Assembly (NCBI GenBank): GCA_965203055.1
Contig: OZ241863.1
Span: forward strand, 4,320,001 to 4,384,000
DNA: 64,000 nucleotides
Direction: 5' to 3'
Source of the DNA: Spirochaetia bacterium
GTDB taxonomy: Bacteria; Spirochaetota; Spirochaetia; SZUA-6; Bin103
Below are positions 1 through 8,586 of the stretch, one piece after another; the stretch's first letter is position 1; each line of letters starts with the position of its first letter. Position numbers and translations under genes: made by a program. The notes below the pieces were generated by a model. It saw nothing but the letters and a program-made list of their open reading frames with translations, did not search any database and was not told where the DNA came from.

Positions 1-1
1 C

Positions 2-1003
2 CGGCTGCTGGAGGTAGAGCAACTGCGCAAGTACTTTCCGATCGAGAAGGGCTTCTTGCGCCGGGTCACCGGCCACGTGAAGGCGGTGGATCGGATCAAT
101 CTCTACATCAACGAAGGCGAGACCCTCGGCCTGGTGGGCGAGTCAGGCTGCGGCAAGACCACGCTCGGGCGCTGCATCCTGCGCGCCATCGAGCCTACTG
201 ACGGCAGCGTCAACTTTCAGTTCAGCGCCTCCGACGAGCGGGTTGACATTACCCAACTGGACAAGAAGCGGCTGCGGGCGATCCGCCGCCACATGCAGAT
301 GATCTTCCAGGATCCCTATTCCTCGCTGGATCCACGCATGACGGTACTGGACATCGTGGCCGAGCCGCTGGTATCCAATCAGATCGCCAAGGGGCAGGCG
401 CTGGAAGATCGGGTCAAGGACCTGATGCGCGTCGTGGGCCTGGAGGTCAAGCACCTCAAGCGCTACCCGCACGCCTTCAGCGGCGGCCAGCGGCAGCGCA
501 TCGGCATCGCGCGCGCGCTGGCGCCGCACCCGGAGTTCATCGTCTGCGACGAGGCGGTGTCGGCGCTGGACGTGTCGATTCAGGCGCAGATTCTGAATCT
601 GCTCCAGGACCTGCAGGCGGAGTTCAACCTTACCTATCTGTTCATCGCGCACGACCTGAGCGTCATCGAGCACATCTCCGACCGGGTGGGGGTGATGTAC
701 GTCGGCAAGATGGTGGAGCTGGCCTCCACCGAGCAGTTGTTCGGCAACCCCAAGCATCCCTACACCGAGGCGTTGCTGTCGGCAGTGCCGCAGCCCGATC
801 CCGAAACCAAGATGGACCGCATCATCCTTCCCGGCGAGGTGGCCAACCCCGCCAACCCGCCGTCCGGCTGCTACTTCCATCCGCGGTGCGTGTACGCCAA
901 GGACGAGTGCAAGGCCGTCGAGCCGACCTGGGAGGAGGTGGAACCGGGTCACTTCGCGGCGTGCCACTTCGCCAAGGAGCTCAACCTCAAGGCCGTGGAG
1001 TAG
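2..1003 (+). CDS. Oligopeptide/dipeptide ABC transporter ATP-binding subunit (OppF/AppF-like), 5'-truncated by window edge
   Basis: Walker A GESGCGKT, signature FSGGQRQR, Walker [12 protein letters not shown]-terminal HPYT...GCYFHPRC. Frame is open back to position 2 ([13 protein letters not shown]). Confidence 0.95.
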   Translation, partial: RLLEVEQLRKYFPIEKGFLRRVTGHVKAVDRINLYINEGETLGLVGESGCGKTTLGRCILRAIEPTDGSVNFQFSASDERVDITQLDKKRLRAIRRHMQMIFQDPYSSLDPRMTVLDIVAEPLVSNQIAKGQALEDRVKDLMRVVGLEVKHLKRYPHAFSGGQRQRIGIARALAPHPEFIVCDEAVSALDVSIQAQILNLLQDLQAEFNLTYLFIAHDLSVIEHISDRVGVMYVGKMVELASTEQLFGNPKHPYTEALLSAVPQPDPETKMDRIILPGEVANPANPPSGCYFHPRCVYAKDECKAVEPTWEEVEPGHFAACHFAKELNLKAVE

Positions 1004-1028
1004 GCGCGTCCGGCCGCGCGCGGGGCGC

Positions 1029-1919
1029 TTAGCCGAGCGCCAGTTCGCGCACCAGGATGCCGCCTGCGGCGGCCAGCACGAACCAGCCGAACGCGGGCCG
1101 CAGCTTGGCGCCCGGCACCAGCCGGCTCAGCCGGCTGCCGAGCAGGATTCCGGCCACCGCCAGGGCGGTGAACGCCAGCAGCAGGCCCCAGTCGAAGCGG
1201 CTCTCCCGGCTGAGGTCGCCCAGCACGCCGAACAGCGACTTGGCGGCGATGATGGTGAGCGAGGTGCCCACCGCCACGCGCATCGGCAGGCGGGCGAACA
1301 CGGCCAGGGCAGGCACGATGGCGAAGCCGCCCCCGGCGCCCACCAAGCCGGTGAGCACGCCGATGACCGCGCCTTCCAGCACTACCAGCGGGACGCTGAC
1401 CTCGAACGGCGGGACGCCGGCCTTGGCGGGAGCGGCGGCAGCCGCGCTCCGCGCGGGCGGCGGCAGCTCGACCGCCGCGGCCACTGCGGCCCCGGCGCCC
1501 CCGTTGCCCGCGGCCGGCGCCGCAAACCGGGGCCGCGCGATCATCGACAGCGCGCTGAGCCCCATGATCACCGCAAACAGCACCAGGATGAACAGCTCCT
1601 TGCTCACCTCGACCCCGGCCACGCTGCCGAGCTGCGCGGGGATGGCCGGCACCAGCCAGCGCCGGGTCAGGAACACCACCGGCAGTGATGGAATGGAGAA
1701 CGCGAGCGCGGCGCGGACGTGCACCAGCCCGCGGCGCCAGTAGCTGGCCGCGCCCACCACGCTGGTGACCCCGACCACGAACAGCGAGTACGCGGTAGCG
1801 GTGACCGCGTCGATGCCCACCACGTACACCAGGATCGGAACCGTGAGGATCGAGCCGCCGGCGCCGGTCAATCCCATGATCGCGCCCACGACCACCGCCA
1901 GGGCGACTCCCCACAGCAT
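1029..1919 (-). CDS. Sulfite exporter TauE/SafE (TSUP) family membrane protein
   Basis: Two repeated GLxGAGG(S/G) motifs, 'AVGTSL', ~8 hydrophobic helices, Ala/Pro-rich central loop. Start moved to ATG 1919. Confidence 0.9.
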   Translation of the reverse strand: MLWGVALAVVVGAIMGLTGAGGSILTVPILVYVVGIDAVTATAYSLFVVGVTSVVGAASYWRRGLVHVRAALAFSIPSLPVVFLTRRWLVPAIPAQLGSVAGVEVSKELFILVLFAVIMGLSALSMIARPRFAAPAAGNGGAGAAVAAAVELPPPARSAAAAAPAKAGVPPFEVSVPLVVLEGAVIGVLTGLVGAGGGFAIVPALAVFARLPMRVAVGTSLTIIAAKSLFGVLGDLSRESRFDWGLLLAFTALAVAGILLGSRLSRLVPGAKLRPAFGWFVLAAAGGILVRELALG

Positions 1920-2148
1920 GCCGCCGATCACGCGGCGCGGCGCCGCAGGCCGATCGGCGGCGGTCCCGGCGGCAGCGCAACCCGTCGTCCCGGCTCCATG
2001 GTGCGGCAACGTGGCAGGAGCGTTCCCGGCTGTCAACGCGCGCCGCCAACCCGCATCCAACCCGCAACCCGGCGGGCGGCTCGATTCGCCGCGCTGCACG
2101 CGGTGAGCGGCGTTGCCGAGCGGCGCCTTCCCGCGGCACAATCACGCC

Positions 2149-3069
2149 ATGCCACTCAAGACATCCCCCAAGATTTCGCTGGGAAGCTGGGCCTTCTCGT
2201 TCGGCCCGTTCGAAGCCGATCCCTGGTCCTGGGAGCGCTTCGTCGATTACACCGCCGAGCACGGCTACGACGGCGTGGAGATCAACGCCGTGCCGCCCCA
2301 TCCGAACCCGGCGCAGTACGACACCGCCGCCAAGTGCCGCGAGCTGATGGCCCGCCTGAGCGACCGGGGCCTGGGGGTGTCCGGCTATGCCGTGAATGGG
2401 CATCTGCCCGACCTGCAGGCGGCGCCGCCCGCGCTGGTGAGCCCGCAACAGTTCGTCTCCACCCTGCGCCCCTACCTCCGCTTCTGCAGCGACGCCGGCA
2501 TCGGCGCCCTGCGCATGGACACGGCAAGCCCGCCGGAACAGCTCGACGCGGTCACCTATGAGAAGCGTTTCGCCAACGCCGTGAGCTGCCTGCAGGCGCT
2601 GGCCGCGGCCGCGTCCGACCACGGCGTCACGCTGATGTGGGAATTCGAGCCCGGCTTCTGGCTCAACAAGCCGAGCGAGGTAGTGCGCCTGCACGACGCG
2701 GTGGGCCACGCCAACTTCAAGCTGCTGTTCGACACCAGCCACGCCTACATGGGAGCGGTGGTCGGCTCGCGGCATACCGGCGCCCCGGAGATCCTGCCCG
2801 GCGGCACCGCCGAATACGCCGCCCTGATCCGCGAGCGCATGGGCCATCTGCACCTGATCGACAGCGACGGCGAGCTGCACGACGACGACACCAGCACCCA
2901 CATCGAGTTCGGCAAGGGCCAGGTGGACTTTCCGGCCACCCTCAAGGCGCTGGGGCCGCAGCTCGAGGCGATGCGGTGGTGGTGCGTCGACTTCTGCTTC
3001 AATCCGGCCGGCCCGGCAGGCGCCAAGGTGGCGGTGCCGTTCCTGCGCGACCTCGCGCGCTCGCTGTAG
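2149..3069 (+). CDS. Sugar phosphate isomerase/epimerase (xylose-isomerase-like TIM barrel)
   Basis: GYDGVE, WEFEPG, FDTSH, HLHLIDSDG, FGKGQVDF metal-site motifs. Confidence 0.88.
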   Translation: MPLKTSPKISLGSWAFSFGPFEADPWSWERFVDYTAEHGYDGVEINAVPPHPNPAQYDTAAKCRELMARLSDRGLGVSGYAVNGHLPDLQAAPPALVSPQQFVSTLRPYLRFCSDAGIGALRMDTASPPEQLDAVTYEKRFANAVSCLQALAAAASDHGVTLMWEFEPGFWLNKPSEVVRLHDAVGHANFKLLFDTSHAYMGAVVGSRHTGAPEILPGGTAEYAALIRERMGHLHLIDSDGELHDDDTSTHIEFGKGQVDFPATLKALGPQLEAMRWWCVDFCFNPAGPAGAKVAVPFLRDLARSL

Positions 3070-3080
3070 GGAGGGAATCC

Positions 3081-4220
3081 ATGGCCAAGCAGAAACTGAA
3101 CGTCGCCATCATCGGCTACGGCTTCATGGGCCGCGCCCATTCCAACGCCTACCGCAAGGTGGGCAACTTCTTCGACCTGGAGTACGAGCCGGTGATGAAG
3201 GCGGCCAGCGCGCGCCAGCCGGACCAGCTCGAGGCGTTCGCCGCCAACTGGGGATGGCAGGAGACCGACACCGACTGGCGCCGCGTGGTGCAGCGGCCCG
3301 ACATCGACCTGGTCGACATCTGCGCCCCCAACAACGTGCATCTGGAGATCGCCCAGGCCGCGGCCGCGGCCGGCAAGATGATCGCCTGCGAAAAGCCGCT
3401 GGCGATGGATGCCGCGCAGGGCCGGCAACTGGTGGCGGCGGTGGCGGCCGCCGGCAAGCCGAACATGGTGTGGTTCAACTACCGGCGCGTGCCGGCCATC
3501 GCCCTGGCCAAGCAGATCGTCGACGAGGGCCGCATCGGGCGCGTGTTCCACTACCGGGCGCGCTACCTGCAGGACTGGACCATCAGCCCGGACGTGCCGC
3601 AGGGCGGCAACACCTTGTGGCGGCTGGACAAGAGCGTGTCCGGCAGCGGCGTGACCGGCGATCTGCTGGCGCACTCCATCGACACCGCGATGTGGCTGGC
3701 GGGACCGATCACCAGCGTCGCCGCCACCACCGAGACGTTCGTCAAGGAGCGCGAGCTGCAGGATGAACCCGGCACCCGCCGGGCGGTGGAAATCGACGAC
3801 GCCTGCGCCTTTCTGGCGCGCTTCGCCGGCGGCGCCATGGCCACCTTCGAGTCCACCCGCTACGCGCGCGGGCGCAAGAACGAGAACTACTTCGAGATCA
3901 ACGGCGAATTGGGGTCGCTGGCGTTCAACCTCGAGAACGCGCACGAACTGGGCTACTTCACCCACGCCGACGAGGGGCACCTGCGCGGCTGGCGCACGAT
4001 CCAGGTGTGGGACTCGGACCACCCCTACATGGAGCATTGGTGGGTGCCGGGGTGCGTGATCGGCTATGAGCACACCTTCATCAATACCCTGGCGGACTTT
4101 CTTGGCAGCCTCGCGACCGGCGAGAAGACCTGCCCCGACTTCGCCGACGCGCAGGCTACCCAGGTGGTGTGCGACGCGGTGCTGCAGGCCGCGGCCGAGC
4201 GGCGCTGGGTCGATCTGTGA
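3081..4220 (+). CDS. Gfo/Idh/MocA family NAD(P)-dependent oxidoreductase
   Basis: IIGYGFMGRAH Rossmann motif, CEKPLA, GDLLAHSID. GGGAGG RBS before ATG 3081. Confidence 0.93.
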   Translation: MAKQKLNVAIIGYGFMGRAHSNAYRKVGNFFDLEYEPVMKAASARQPDQLEAFAANWGWQETDTDWRRVVQRPDIDLVDICAPNNVHLEIAQAAAAAGKMIACEKPLAMDAAQGRQLVAAVAAAGKPNMVWFNYRRVPAIALAKQIVDEGRIGRVFHYRARYLQDWTISPDVPQGGNTLWRLDKSVSGSGVTGDLLAHSIDTAMWLAGPITSVAATTETFVKERELQDEPGTRRAVEIDDACAFLARFAGGAMATFESTRYARGRKNENYFEINGELGSLAFNLENAHELGYFTHADEGHLRGWRTIQVWDSDHPYMEHWWVPGCVIGYEHTFINTLADFLGSLATGEKTCPDFADAQATQVVCDAVLQAAAERRWVDL

Positions 4221-4280
4221 GCCGCTTCATCCTGTCCCGAACTAGTCAGCTTAGGAAAGCCGGCGGCGGCCCGCCAGATC

Positions 4281-4354
4281 ATCACTATCCTCAATTTTGA
4301 TATTATTTGATGTGATAGTGACACAATCTATCACTATCTGAAATACTGATAGAT
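4281..4354. promoter_or_regulatory. AT-rich promoter/operator region with repeated TCACTATC/GATAGTGA half-sites upstream of the fic gene
   Basis: TCACTATC at 4282 and 4331, inverse GATAGTGA at 4314. ATCTATCA (4326) and TGATAGAT (4347) form an inverted pair. Confidence 0.55.
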
Positions 4355-5713
4355 GTGAAGTTGCCTCTTCGGCCGAGGCCGCTGCCCGAACTACTTGTCG
4401 AACATCGCGAGCGGCTGGAGGCATTGTATGGCCGCGGTTTCGGTCCCACGGCGAACGGCCGCTACCTGCACTGGGACGAGTTGCGCCATCGTGTTGTCCC
4501 CGCGGGGCTGCGGAGCCACGAGGAATGGTGGCTCCGGCTCAAGCTGTCCCGCGGCGGACTCCAGCGCGAGCTCCCGATGCGGGACGCCGGCGGGCGCCCG
4601 TTCGTCTACCTGCTGCCTGACCCGGCGCTGCAGGCGCTGCACCGCATCGACAGTCAGAGCCGCGGCTGGGTTGGCGCCGCCGCCGAAGGGATCGCCAATT
4701 CCGACACGCGCAATCAGTTCATCGTCAACTCACTGATCGAGGAAGCAATCACTTCCAGCCAGCTTGAAGGCGCGTCGACAACGCGCGCGGCAGCGGCGGA
4801 GATGATCCGCGCCGGGCGGCGGCCGCGGGACCAGAGCGAACAGATGATTCTCAACAACTATCGGGCGATGGAGGCGGTCCGCCGGCTCAAGGAGAAGCCG
4901 TTGACCGAGCGGACCGTACTGGATCTTCACGCGCTGGTAGCCGCCGACACGCTCGACGACCCCGCCGACGCCGGCCGCCTGCAGCGGCCCGCCGACCGGC
5001 GGGTAGAGGTATGGGACGACCGCGGCGAAACGCTGCTCCACACCCCGCCGCCGGCCGCTGAGCTGCCCAGCCGGCTGCGCGAGATGGTCCGGTTCGCCAA
5101 CCATGGCGCAGCCGATGGTTCGTTCCTGCATCCGGTGGCGCGCGCCATCATCCTCCACTTCTGGCTCGCCTACGACCATCCGTTCGCGGATGGCAACGGA
5201 CGCACCGCCCGGGCGCTGTTCTATTGGACGATGCTGCGCCACGACTACTGGCTGTTCGAGTTTGCCTCGATCAGCAGCGTGCTGGCCGCGGCGCCCGCTC
5301 AATATGCCCGTCCGTTCCTCTATGTCGAAACCGACGATAACGATCTCACCTACTTCATCGCGCACCAGCTCGAGGTGCTGCTGCGCGCAATAGCCAACGT
5401 AGAATCGTACATTGCCACCACGATCGAACGGGTGCGGCAGGTCGAGGAGACCTTGAAGCGCTCCACCGACCTCAATCATCGCCAGCTTGCGCTCCTTGCG
5501 CACGCGCTCCGCCATCCCGGCGCCGAGTACACGATACGGTCGCATCTGACCAGTCATGCGGTAGCCTACGCCACCTCCCGCGCCGACCTGTTCCGGCTGG
5601 CGGAGCTCGGCCTGCTCGAACGGCGGCGCGTCGGGCGCCGGAGCTATCTGTTCCGGGCGCCCGCCGACTTGGCTGCGCGCGTGGGTTCGGCGGCGTCCGC
5701 CGCGGACCGCTGA
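4355..5713 (+). CDS. Fic family protein (AMPylase-type) with probable C-terminal winged HTH
   Basis: Canonical Fic motif HPFADGNGRTAR, SSQLEG inhibitory-type motif, C-terminal 'TSRADLFRLAELGLL'. Confidence 0.93.
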   Translation: MKLPLRPRPLPELLVEHRERLEALYGRGFGPTANGRYLHWDELRHRVVPAGLRSHEEWWLRLKLSRGGLQRELPMRDAGGRPFVYLLPDPALQALHRIDSQSRGWVGAAAEGIANSDTRNQFIVNSLIEEAITSSQLEGASTTRAAAAEMIRAGRRPRDQSEQMILNNYRAMEAVRRLKEKPLTERTVLDLHALVAADTLDDPADAGRLQRPADRRVEVWDDRGETLLHTPPPAAELPSRLREMVRFANHGAADGSFLHPVARAIILHFWLAYDHPFADGNGRTARALFYWTMLRHDYWLFEFASISSVLAAAPAQYARPFLYVETDDNDLTYFIAHQLEVLLRAIANVESYIATTIERVRQVEETLKRSTDLNHRQLALLAHALRHPGAEYTIRSHLTSHAVAYATSRADLFRLAELGLLERRRVGRRSYLFRAPADLAARVGSAASAADR

Positions 5714-6897
5714 GCGGGAGGGCGGCCGGAGCCAGGAGGGCCGAAGCGCAGGAAGCTCTCCTGCCGCAGCAGCCGCGCGAACTCGGCGGCGGGAAGGATG
5801 TCGATGCCGTCGCCGGTGCGCCGAGCGCGCGGCTCCAGGCAGACGACGAAGCGCCGGACGCCGGGATGCTCCTGCGCCAGCGCGCGCAGCCCGCGCAGGT
5901 GGTCGCCGGTGATGCGCGCGCTGGCCTTCGCTTCCACCGCCGCCTGCAGGTCGCCGAGCACGAAATCGACCTCGATCCCGCTCGGCAGCCGCCAATGGGT
6001 CACCTCCAGGTCCAACTCGCGGTAGGCGGCGCAGGCGTACAGCTCGTGGAACACCCAGTTTTCGAACGCCTTGCCGTAGAGCTGCGCGCCCGGCGTCAGT
6101 TCGCCCCGCCGGGCCAGGCGATTCACGACGCCGACGTCGGCGAAGTAGAACTTCGGCGCGCCGATCAGGCGGCGTTTGCGGCGCCGCCGGCAGGCGGGCA
6201 CGAAGCGGCCGAGCAGGGTATCTTCCAGAATCTCGAAGTAGCCCTTGACGGTGGGGCTCGCCACCCCGCATTCGCGCGCAATGTTGGAGAAGTTGACGAT
6301 CTCGCCGTCGCTGAGAGCAGCGGCGTCCAGGAATGCGGAGAACGCCGGCAGATTGCGCACCAGACCTTCGGCCGCTACCTCCTGCCGCAGGTAGTCGGCG
6401 ACGTAGGCGTCGAGCAGGCGCCGCGGCCGGGATGCCTGGTACATGCGCGGCAGGTACCCGTGATTCAACATCCGGTTCAGATCGAAGGCGGCGCCGAGCT
6501 CGCCGGCGGTGAGCCCGCGCAGCTCGTAGCGCACGGCGCGCCCGCCGAGCAGGTTGGCGGCGCCGCGGCGCACCTTCCTGGCGCTCGAGCCGCAGAGGGC
6601 AACGTGCAAGCCGCGATTCTCGATCAGCCAGTGCACCTCGTCGAGCAGCGCCGGTACCTTCTGAATCTCGTCGATGACGAGCTGGCGGCCGGCCGCCGGC
6701 GGCGCCGTCTCCAGCTCCTGGCGCAGGTACTCCGGATGATCGAGATAGCGCCGGAACTCCTCTCCCTTCAGCAGGTCGACCCAGCGGGCCTCGGGGTAGC
6801 GGCGCCTGAGCAGGGTGCTCTTGCCGGCCTGGCGCGGCCCCCAGAGGAAGAACGTCTCCGTGCCGGGGGCGGGCAGAGGCAACGCTCGTTCAAACAT
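5644..6897 (-). CDS. AAA+ ATPase with DUF4143 / PD-(D/E)XK-like C-terminus
   Basis: GPRQAGKST, IDEIQK, LCGSS, LLGGRA, PKFYFADVG, FENWV, EVDFV..EAK. Confidence 0.9.
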   Translation of the reverse strand: MFERALPLPAPGTETFFLWGPRQAGKSTLLRRRYPEARWVDLLKGEEFRRYLDHPEYLRQELETAPPAAGRQLVIDEIQKVPALLDEVHWLIENRGLHVALCGSSARKVRRGAANLLGGRAVRYELRGLTAGELGAAFDLNRMLNHGYLPRMYQASRPRRLLDAYVADYLRQEVAAEGLVRNLPAFSAFLDAAALSDGEIVNFSNIARECGVASPTVKGYFEILEDTLLGRFVPACRRRRKRRLIGAPKFYFADVGVVNRLARRGELTPGAQLYGKAFENWVFHELYACAAYRELDLEVTHWRLPSGIEVDFVLGDLQAAVEAKASARITGDHLRGLRALAQEHPGVRRFVVCLEPRARRTGDGIDILPAAEFARLLRQESFLRFGPPGSGRPPAQRSAADAAEPTRAAKSAGARNR

Positions 6898-6899
6898 CT

Positions 6900-6927
6900 A
6901 CTTTAGATTAGCATGATAATCTAAAGT
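6900..6927. promoter_or_regulatory. Perfect 11-bp inverted repeat (operator-like) overlapping the extended -10 of the AAA-DUF4143 gene
   Basis: ACTTTAGATTA-gcatga-TAATCTAAAGT. Minus-strand TGcTAATCT lies 7 nt before ATG 6897. Confidence 0.65.
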
Positions 6928-7026
6928 CATCCATTGAAATAGTACGCCCAGTCCGTCGCGGCGCGTGCTGCCGGCGGGCACGCAGTGTTGGCCGCAACGA
7001 CCGGTGCCGGTATGGTGAGCGCGGCC

Positions 7027-8571
7027 ATGACGAGACGCAGATTGCCGATCGGCATCCAGACGTTCCGGGAGATCCGCCGGGAGGGCTGCTACTACGTCGA
7101 CAAGACGGCCTGGATCCGGCGGCTGGTCGACGGCGGCAAGCACTACTTTCTGTCACGGCCGCGGCGCTTCGGCAAGAGCCTGCTGCTGGACACGCTGAAG
7201 GAGCTGTTCGAGGGCAACGAGGCGCTGTTCCGGGGGCTGGCGATCCACGACCGGGACTGGTCGGTTCGCCATCCGGTGGTGCGGCTCGACTTCGGGAGCG
7301 GCAGCTACCTGGAGCCGGGCGGTCTCCACGAGGACGTGATGGCGCAACTGGAGGCGGTGGCCGAGGACGCCGGCATCGCGCCGCGCTACGCCACGGCGCC
7401 GGTCCGCTTCCGCCATCTGATCCGGGCGTTGCGCCGGCAGGCGGAGCAGCCGGTGGTGGTGCTGGTCGACGAGTACGACAAGCCGATCCTGGACGCGCTG
7501 GAGACCCCGGAAATGGCCCGCGCCAACCGCGACTACCTGCGCGGCCTGTACGCGACCATCAAGACCTGCGACGCGGACCTCCGGTTCGCCTTCCTCACCG
7601 GAGTCAGCAAGTTCTCCAAGGTGAGCCTGTTCTCCGGCCTGAACAACCTGACCGACATCACGCTCGACCCGCGCTACGCGGCCATCTGCGGCTACACCGA
7701 CGCCGACCTGGACACGGTGTTCGCGGCCGAGCTCGCCGGCCTGGACCGGCAGGCGATTCGCGCCTGGTACGACGGCTACAACTGGCGCGGCGAGCAACGG
7801 GTCTACAACCCGTTCGACATCCTGCTGCTGTTCCGCAACCGGGAGTTCAACGCCTGGTGGTTCGAGACGGCGACGCCCACCTTCCTGGTCGACACCCTGG
7901 TCGCGCGCAAGGTGAGCGCCCTGGCCCTGGACGACATGTTGGGCAGCGACGACCTGCTGTCGGCGTTCGACGTCGGCCACGTCGGCACCGAGGCGCTGCT
8001 GTTCCAGACCGGCTACCTGACGATCCGCCGCACCGAACGGCGCGGCAACCGCACCTGGTATCGGCTGGGCTACCCGAACCTGGAGGTGCGGCAGAGTCTG
8101 AACGAAAGCCTGCTGAACCGGCTGACCGGCGACCCGGCCCGGCGGGTGGAGCACAGCGCCCGGCTCTACGACCTGCTGCAGGCCAACGACTTCGCCGGGC
8201 TCAAGGAGCTGTTCCAGGCGTTCTTCGCCAGCATCCCGTACCAGTGGTACACGAACAACGACATCGCCTCGTACGAAGGCTTCTACGCGAGCGTGTTCTA
8301 CTCCTACTTCGCGGGCCTGGAGCTGGACCTCACGGTGGAGGACGCGAGCAGCCATGGGCGCGTCGACCTGACCGTGCGGTTCAACGGCGCGGTCTACCTG
8401 TTCGAGTTCAAGGTGGTGGAGCTGGAGCCGGAAGGAGCCGCGCTGGCGCAGTTGCGGGCGCGGCGCTACGCCGACAAGTACCGCGGCCGGGGGCAGCCGA
8501 TCTACCTGATCGGGGTGGAGTTCAGCAAGGAAACCCGCAACGTGGCCGCCTTCCAGGTGGAGCGCGCCTGA
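7027..8571 (+). CDS. AAA-ATPase-like protein with C-terminal PD-(D/E)XK nuclease domain
   Basis: LPIGIQTF..YYVDKT, SRPRRFGKS, LVDEYDKP, FSGLNN, YNPF, LFQTGYLTI, EGFY, GRVDL..FEFK. Confidence 0.92.
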   Translation: MTRRRLPIGIQTFREIRREGCYYVDKTAWIRRLVDGGKHYFLSRPRRFGKSLLLDTLKELFEGNEALFRGLAIHDRDWSVRHPVVRLDFGSGSYLEPGGLHEDVMAQLEAVAEDAGIAPRYATAPVRFRHLIRALRRQAEQPVVVLVDEYDKPILDALETPEMARANRDYLRGLYATIKTCDADLRFAFLTGVSKFSKVSLFSGLNNLTDITLDPRYAAICGYTDADLDTVFAAELAGLDRQAIRAWYDGYNWRGEQRVYNPFDILLLFRNREFNAWWFETATPTFLVDTLVARKVSALALDDMLGSDDLLSAFDVGHVGTEALLFQTGYLTIRRTERRGNRTWYRLGYPNLEVRQSLNESLLNRLTGDPARRVEHSARLYDLLQANDFAGLKELFQAFFASIPYQWYTNNDIASYEGFYASVFYSYFAGLELDLTVEDASSHGRVDLTVRFNGAVYLFEFKVVELEPEGAALAQLRARRYADKYRGRGQPIYLIGVEFSKETRNVAAFQVERA

Positions 8572-8586
8572 CGTATGATCGGGCCC

